Shown: piece after piece, positions 60,301-64,000 of the stretch | Layout of the letters: every line of letters begins with the position of its first letter | How positions within the stretch are numbered: position 1 is the stretch's first letter | Origin: Candidatus Latescibacterota bacterium | Lineage (GTDB): Bacteria; Latescibacterota; UBA2968; GCA-2709665 | Direction: 5' to 3' | Assembly (NCBI GenBank): GCA_965237675.1 | Contig: OZ250150.1 | Coordinates: forward strand, 3,520,001 to 3,584,000 | DNA length: 64,000 nt | Translations under genes and position numbers: made by a program | The notes under the pieces: generated by a model | The model's database searches: none | The model's input: only the letters and a program-made list of their open reading frames with translations | What the model was told of the DNA's origin: nothing

Positions 60301-61299
60301 ATGGCAAGACCCTGTACATTGTTTACCGGGCAGTGGGCGGATCTCTCGCTGGAGGTGATGGCGCAGAAAGCCGCCGAGTTCGGGTACGACGGATTGGAGT
60401 TGGCCTGCTGGGGAGACCATCTGGATGTCTGCGAGGCGGCTTCCAGCGATGCCTATTGCCGCAGTCGTCACGAAATTCTGGAAAAACACGGGTTGAAATT
60501 CTGGGCGATCAGCAACCATCTCGTCGGGCAGGCGATATGCGACAATATTGACGATCGCCACCGGGCAATTCTGCCGCCGCACGTATGGGGCAAAGGGAAA
60601 CCGGATGAGGTGAAACGCCGGGCGGCGGAGGACATGATGACATCGGCCGAGGCCGCGAGAGCGCTGGGAGTGAGCGTGGTGAACGGCTTTACCGGGTCGT
60701 CCATCTGGCATCTGCTATATTCTTTCCCGCCGGTGTCTCCGGACGCGATCGAGGCGGGCTTCAAGGATTTCGCGGACAGATGGAATCCGATTCTGGATGC
60801 GTTCGCAAAGAACGGCGTGCGTTTCGCCCTGGAGGTGCATCCAACGGAAATCGCGTTTGATAACGCGTCTGCCGCACGGGCGGTGGGCGCGTTAGGGGGC
60901 CGGAGCGAATTCGGATTCAATTACGACCCCAGCCATCTGGTGTATCAAAACGTGGATTACGTGGCATTCATCCATGAGTTTAAAGACCGGATCTACCACG
61001 TGCATATGAAGGATGCATATCTGTCTCCGCTTCCCACGCGCGCGGGGATATTTGGTGGCCATACCGATTTCGGCGACCCCGACAGATCCTGGGATTTCCG
61101 TTCCCTGGGTCGGGGCAGCGTGGATTTTGAAGCGATCATTCGGGCCTTGAACGATGTGGGCTATGGCGGCCCGCTATCCGTGGAATGGGAGGATTCAGGC
61201 ATGGACCGGGAACACGGGGCGGCGGAGGCCTGTGCGTTTGTGAACAGCGTGGACTTCGAACCGTCGGCCGTGGCGTTCGACGCGGCGTTCGCCGAGTAG
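60301..61299 (+). CDS. Sugar phosphate isomerase/epimerase (TIM barrel)
   Basis: [38 protein letters not shown]; AAGGAG RBS. Confidence 0.95.
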   Translation: MARPCTLFTGQWADLSLEVMAQKAAEFGYDGLELACWGDHLDVCEAASSDAYCRSRHEILEKHGLKFWAISNHLVGQAICDNIDDRHRAILPPHVWGKGKPDEVKRRAAEDMMTSAEAARALGVSVVNGFTGSSIWHLLYSFPPVSPDAIEAGFKDFADRWNPILDAFAKNGVRFALEVHPTEIAFDNASAARAVGALGGRSEFGFNYDPSHLVYQNVDYVAFIHEFKDRIYHVHMKDAYLSPLPTRAGIFGGHTDFGDPDRSWDFRSLGRGSVDFEAIIRALNDVGYGGPLSVEWEDSGMDREHGAAEACAFVNSVDFEPSAVAFDAAFAE

Positions 61300-61371
61300 T
61301 AAACGGATGTCCGACGTCGGCGGTCATCAGGGTGTGCCAAACGGCCTGCCGGCCGCTTTTTCGTAGGGAGA

Positions 61372-62940
61372 GTGTCTATGCGGATGCGTGTTCTTCTACT
61401 GGTTGTGTCGTTGGCCGCCGTCGCCTGTGTCATGGAACGCCCACGGACCCTGGTATTTGGCCGGGGCGGCGATACAGTGGGGTTGGACCCGGCCCTGGAG
61501 ACGGATGGCGAGTCGTTCAAGGTCTGTGACAACATCTATGATACGCTGGTGACGTTTCGTCCGGAGACGACCGAGTTGGCGCCGGGTCTGGCGGTGGCCT
61601 GGAAGGTGTCAGAAGACCTGACAACATGGACATTTCAACTCAGGAAAGACGTTCAGTTCCACGATGGTACTCCGTTCAATGCGGATGCCGTCGTGTTTTC
61701 CCTCGCGAGGCAGTACCAGCCCGACCATCCGTTTCATCGTGTGGAGGGCGCATATCAGTATTGGAACAGTATGTCGATGAGCGAGATCGTCAGGGATGTG
61801 AAGAAAGTGGACGATCATACGGTTTCCATCGCGCTGACGCGTCCAAACGCACCGTTTCTGTCGAATCTTGCGATGAATTTTTGCGGGATCGTGAGTCCCA
61901 CAGCTGTACGGAAACACGGCGCGGACTATCCGCGGCATCCGGTGGGCACGGGCCCGTTTCGGTTTGTGCAATGGATTAGGGATGACCGCGTGGTCCTGGA
62001 GCGAAATCCCGATTACTGGGGAGACGCGCCACAGATCGACCGGTTGATTTTCAGGAGTATACCGGAAAATTCCGTGCGTCTGATTGCGCTGATCCAGGGT
62101 TCGATTGACGGCATGGATAACCTGGTACCCGATTTCATTCCGAATATAGAGAAGCATCCGAACCTCCGGCTCCTGACTCAACCGGGAATGAATGTGGGGT
62201 ATCTGGCAATGAATATGGATCGGGCGCCGTTCCACCTCCTCAAGGTGCGACGGGCGGTGAACCATGCCATTCACAAACAGGCGCTTGTGGATAATCTGTA
62301 TCAGGGTCTGGCGTTGCCTGCGGTCAATCCGATTCCACCGTCGATTTGGAGCTATCACGAAGGCATTGAAGGATACGCTTACGATCCGGAACGAGCCCGC
62401 GAGCTTCTTGCCGAGGCAGGTTATGCGGATGGATTCAAGACCACGCTGTGGGCCATGCCTGTGCCACGGCCGTATATGCCGCAGCCGAGGAAAATAGCCC
62501 AGGCCATCCAGGCCGATCTGCAGGCGGTCGGTATCCTGGCCGAAATCGTAAGTTTCGAATGGGGAACCTATTTAGACAAGGTTTCGAGAGGCCAGCACGA
62601 TATGGCACTTCTGGGTTGGACCGGAGACAACGGTGATCCGGACAATTTTCTGTACGTACTGCTGGACAAGAGCGCGACCCGACAACCGGCCAACAATATT
62701 GCGTTCTACCGAAGCGACGAACTGCACGATGTGCTGGTTCAGGCACAGCGGGAAGTGGACATCGACCTGAGGTCAGCGCATTACCGAAAGGCGCAGGAGA
62801 TCGTGTTCCACGATGCACCCTGGGTGCCCCTGGTGCATGCCGCGCAGACAGCTGCGTTCAAGAAGACGGTGAGTGGCTTCACCCTGCATCCTACGGGCAG
62901 CAAGTGGTTCCAGAACGTGCGAATTGAGGAAACGGATTGA
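61372..62940 (+). CDS. dppA: Peptide ABC transporter substrate-binding lipoprotein (family 5)
   Basis: Lipobox AVAC; LRKDVQFHDGTPFNADAVVFS, PVGTGPF, RPYMP, GWTGDNGDPDNF. Confidence 0.92.
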   Translation: MSMRMRVLLLVVSLAAVACVMERPRTLVFGRGGDTVGLDPALETDGESFKVCDNIYDTLVTFRPETTELAPGLAVAWKVSEDLTTWTFQLRKDVQFHDGTPFNADAVVFSLARQYQPDHPFHRVEGAYQYWNSMSMSEIVRDVKKVDDHTVSIALTRPNAPFLSNLAMNFCGIVSPTAVRKHGADYPRHPVGTGPFRFVQWIRDDRVVLERNPDYWGDAPQIDRLIFRSIPENSVRLIALIQGSIDGMDNLVPDFIPNIEKHPNLRLLTQPGMNVGYLAMNMDRAPFHLLKVRRAVNHAIHKQALVDNLYQGLALPAVNPIPPSIWSYHEGIEGYAYDPERARELLAEAGYADGFKTTLWAMPVPRPYMPQPRKIAQAIQADLQAVGILAEIVSFEWGTYLDKVSRGQHDMALLGWTGDNGDPDNFLYVLLDKSATRQPANNIAFYRSDELHDVLVQAQREVDIDLRSAHYRKAQEIVFHDAPWVPLVHAAQTAAFKKTVSGFTLHPTGSKWFQNVRIEETD

Positions 62941-63001
62941 AGGCGCCACCCGAAGCCGCGAGACGTGGCATCTTCCTGGATGTTTCGAGGTGACACCCGT
63001 C

Positions 63002-64000
63002 ATGGGCGTCTACGTCTTGAAAAGGTTGCTTCTCCTTGTCCCCATGCTGCTGGGGATTGTGGTCGTGGTGTTTCTGATGGTTCATTTCGTTCCGGGTGAC
63101 CCGGCGCAGGTGATGCTGGGTGAACGCGCCAGCGCGGAACAGGTGGCGGAACTGAGAAAGCAGCTGGGGTTGGATCAGGACCTGCACGTCCAGCTGGGCC
63201 TCTACCTGTGGGGTTTGTTGCAGGGCGACCTCGGCCGTTCCTTCAAGTCCCACACGAAAGTTTCGTCCGAGTTGCTGGCCCGGTTTCCCGCGACGCTTGA
63301 GCTCACAATGACGAGCATGATGCTCGCCTGCGGGATCGGAATTCTCGCCGGGGTGGTTTCGGCGTCCCGCAAAGGTACCGTGATGGATTACCTCGGCATG
63401 ACGGCATCCCTGGCGGGGCTCTCGATGCCGATTTTCTGGCTGGGCTTGATGGTAATTCTGCTGATGTCGGTGTTCCTGGGGCTATTTCCCGTCTCCGGGC
63501 GGCTCAGCACCCATCTGTTCATTCCAGAGGTTACCGGACTCTATCTGATTGACAGTGTGCTGGCGTGGGATTGGCACGCTTTTGGAGACGCCGCCTGGCA
63601 CCTCGTGTTGCCCACTCTTACCCTGGGTACCGTGCCGATGGCGGTAATTGCTCGGATGACGAGGTCCAGCCTTCTGGACGTACTCAAAGAGGACTATGTG
63701 CGTACGGCCTGGGCGAAGGGGCTGTCGGAGCGAGTCGTGGTCTTCCGGCACGCCTTGAAAAATGCGTTTATTCCCGTGCTGACGGTGATCAGTCTGCAAT
63801 TTGGATTCTTGCTCGGTGGAGCGGTAATTACGGAAACCATTTTCGCCTGGCCGGGCGTGGGTCGGTGGCTCCTGCTTGCGGTCTACTCGAGGGACTTTCG
63901 GGCTGTCCAGGGAGGGGTGCTGCTGGTTGCCCTGATGTTCTCGCTTATCAATCTCATTGCGGACGTCATGTACGCCTGGTTGGACCCGCGAATCAGACAT
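63002..64000 (+). CDS. dppB: Peptide ABC transporter permease (no stop codon inside the window)
   Basis: ATG 63002 MGVYVLKRLL...PGDPA; EDYVRTAWAKGL (EAA loop); ends LDPRIRH at the window edge; absent from the ORF track because it is unterminated. Confidence 0.93.
   Translation, partial: MGVYVLKRLLLLVPMLLGIVVVVFLMVHFVPGDPAQVMLGERASAEQVAELRKQLGLDQDLHVQLGLYLWGLLQGDLGRSFKSHTKVSSELLARFPATLELTMTSMMLACGIGILAGVVSASRKGTVMDYLGMTASLAGLSMPIFWLGLMVILLMSVFLGLFPVSGRLSTHLFIPEVTGLYLIDSVLAWDWHAFGDAAWHLVLPTLTLGTVPMAVIARMTRSSLLDVLKEDYVRTAWAKGLSERVVVFRHALKNAFIPVLTVISLQFGFLLGGAVITETIFAWPGVGRWLLLAVYSRDFRAVQGGVLLVALMFSLINLIADVMYAWLDPRIRH

Noticed and set aside
1-64000. CRISPR arrays, tRNA or rRNA genes, prophage genes and known defence systems
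   Set aside because: None recognised by eye; tRNAscan-SE, CRISPR finders and DefenseFinder were not run.

Overview
A 64 kb GC-rich bacterial chromosomal window, gene-dense and mostly metabolic. Housekeeping genes: ssb, prmA, thrC and a uvrB-nadC-birA-coaX cluster. Paralog families: six xylose-isomerase-like TIM barrels, three Gfo/Idh/MocA oxidoreductases and two PhyH dioxygenases. Also present: a Lol/MacB-like ABC export operon, a Dpp peptide ABC transporter (running off the right edge), two DUF3179 lipoproteins and two dockerin-tailed secreted metallopeptidases. This content suggests a Latescibacterota-like diderm (inference only). Mobile DNA: a complete IS630 that splits a secreted peptidase/WD40/cohesin/dockerin gene inside an AT-richer segment bounded by 58-bp direct repeats, a 168-bp MITE, and REP-like hairpins. 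Best candidates for new biology: (1) a ~240-nt multi-helix RNA with strand-specific G-U pairs in the leader of a helicase-associated/WYL gene; (2) a bacterial homolog of the animal OSGIN1/OKL38 flavoprotein; (3) the repeat-bounded cargo segment; (4) a split MFS/spermidine-synthase pair whose catalytic half carries a lipobox; (5) a DksA-type Zn finger fused to a split DUF6178-like protein. No rRNA, tRNA or CRISPR array was recognised. All family calls come from motif recognition by eye; no searches were run.
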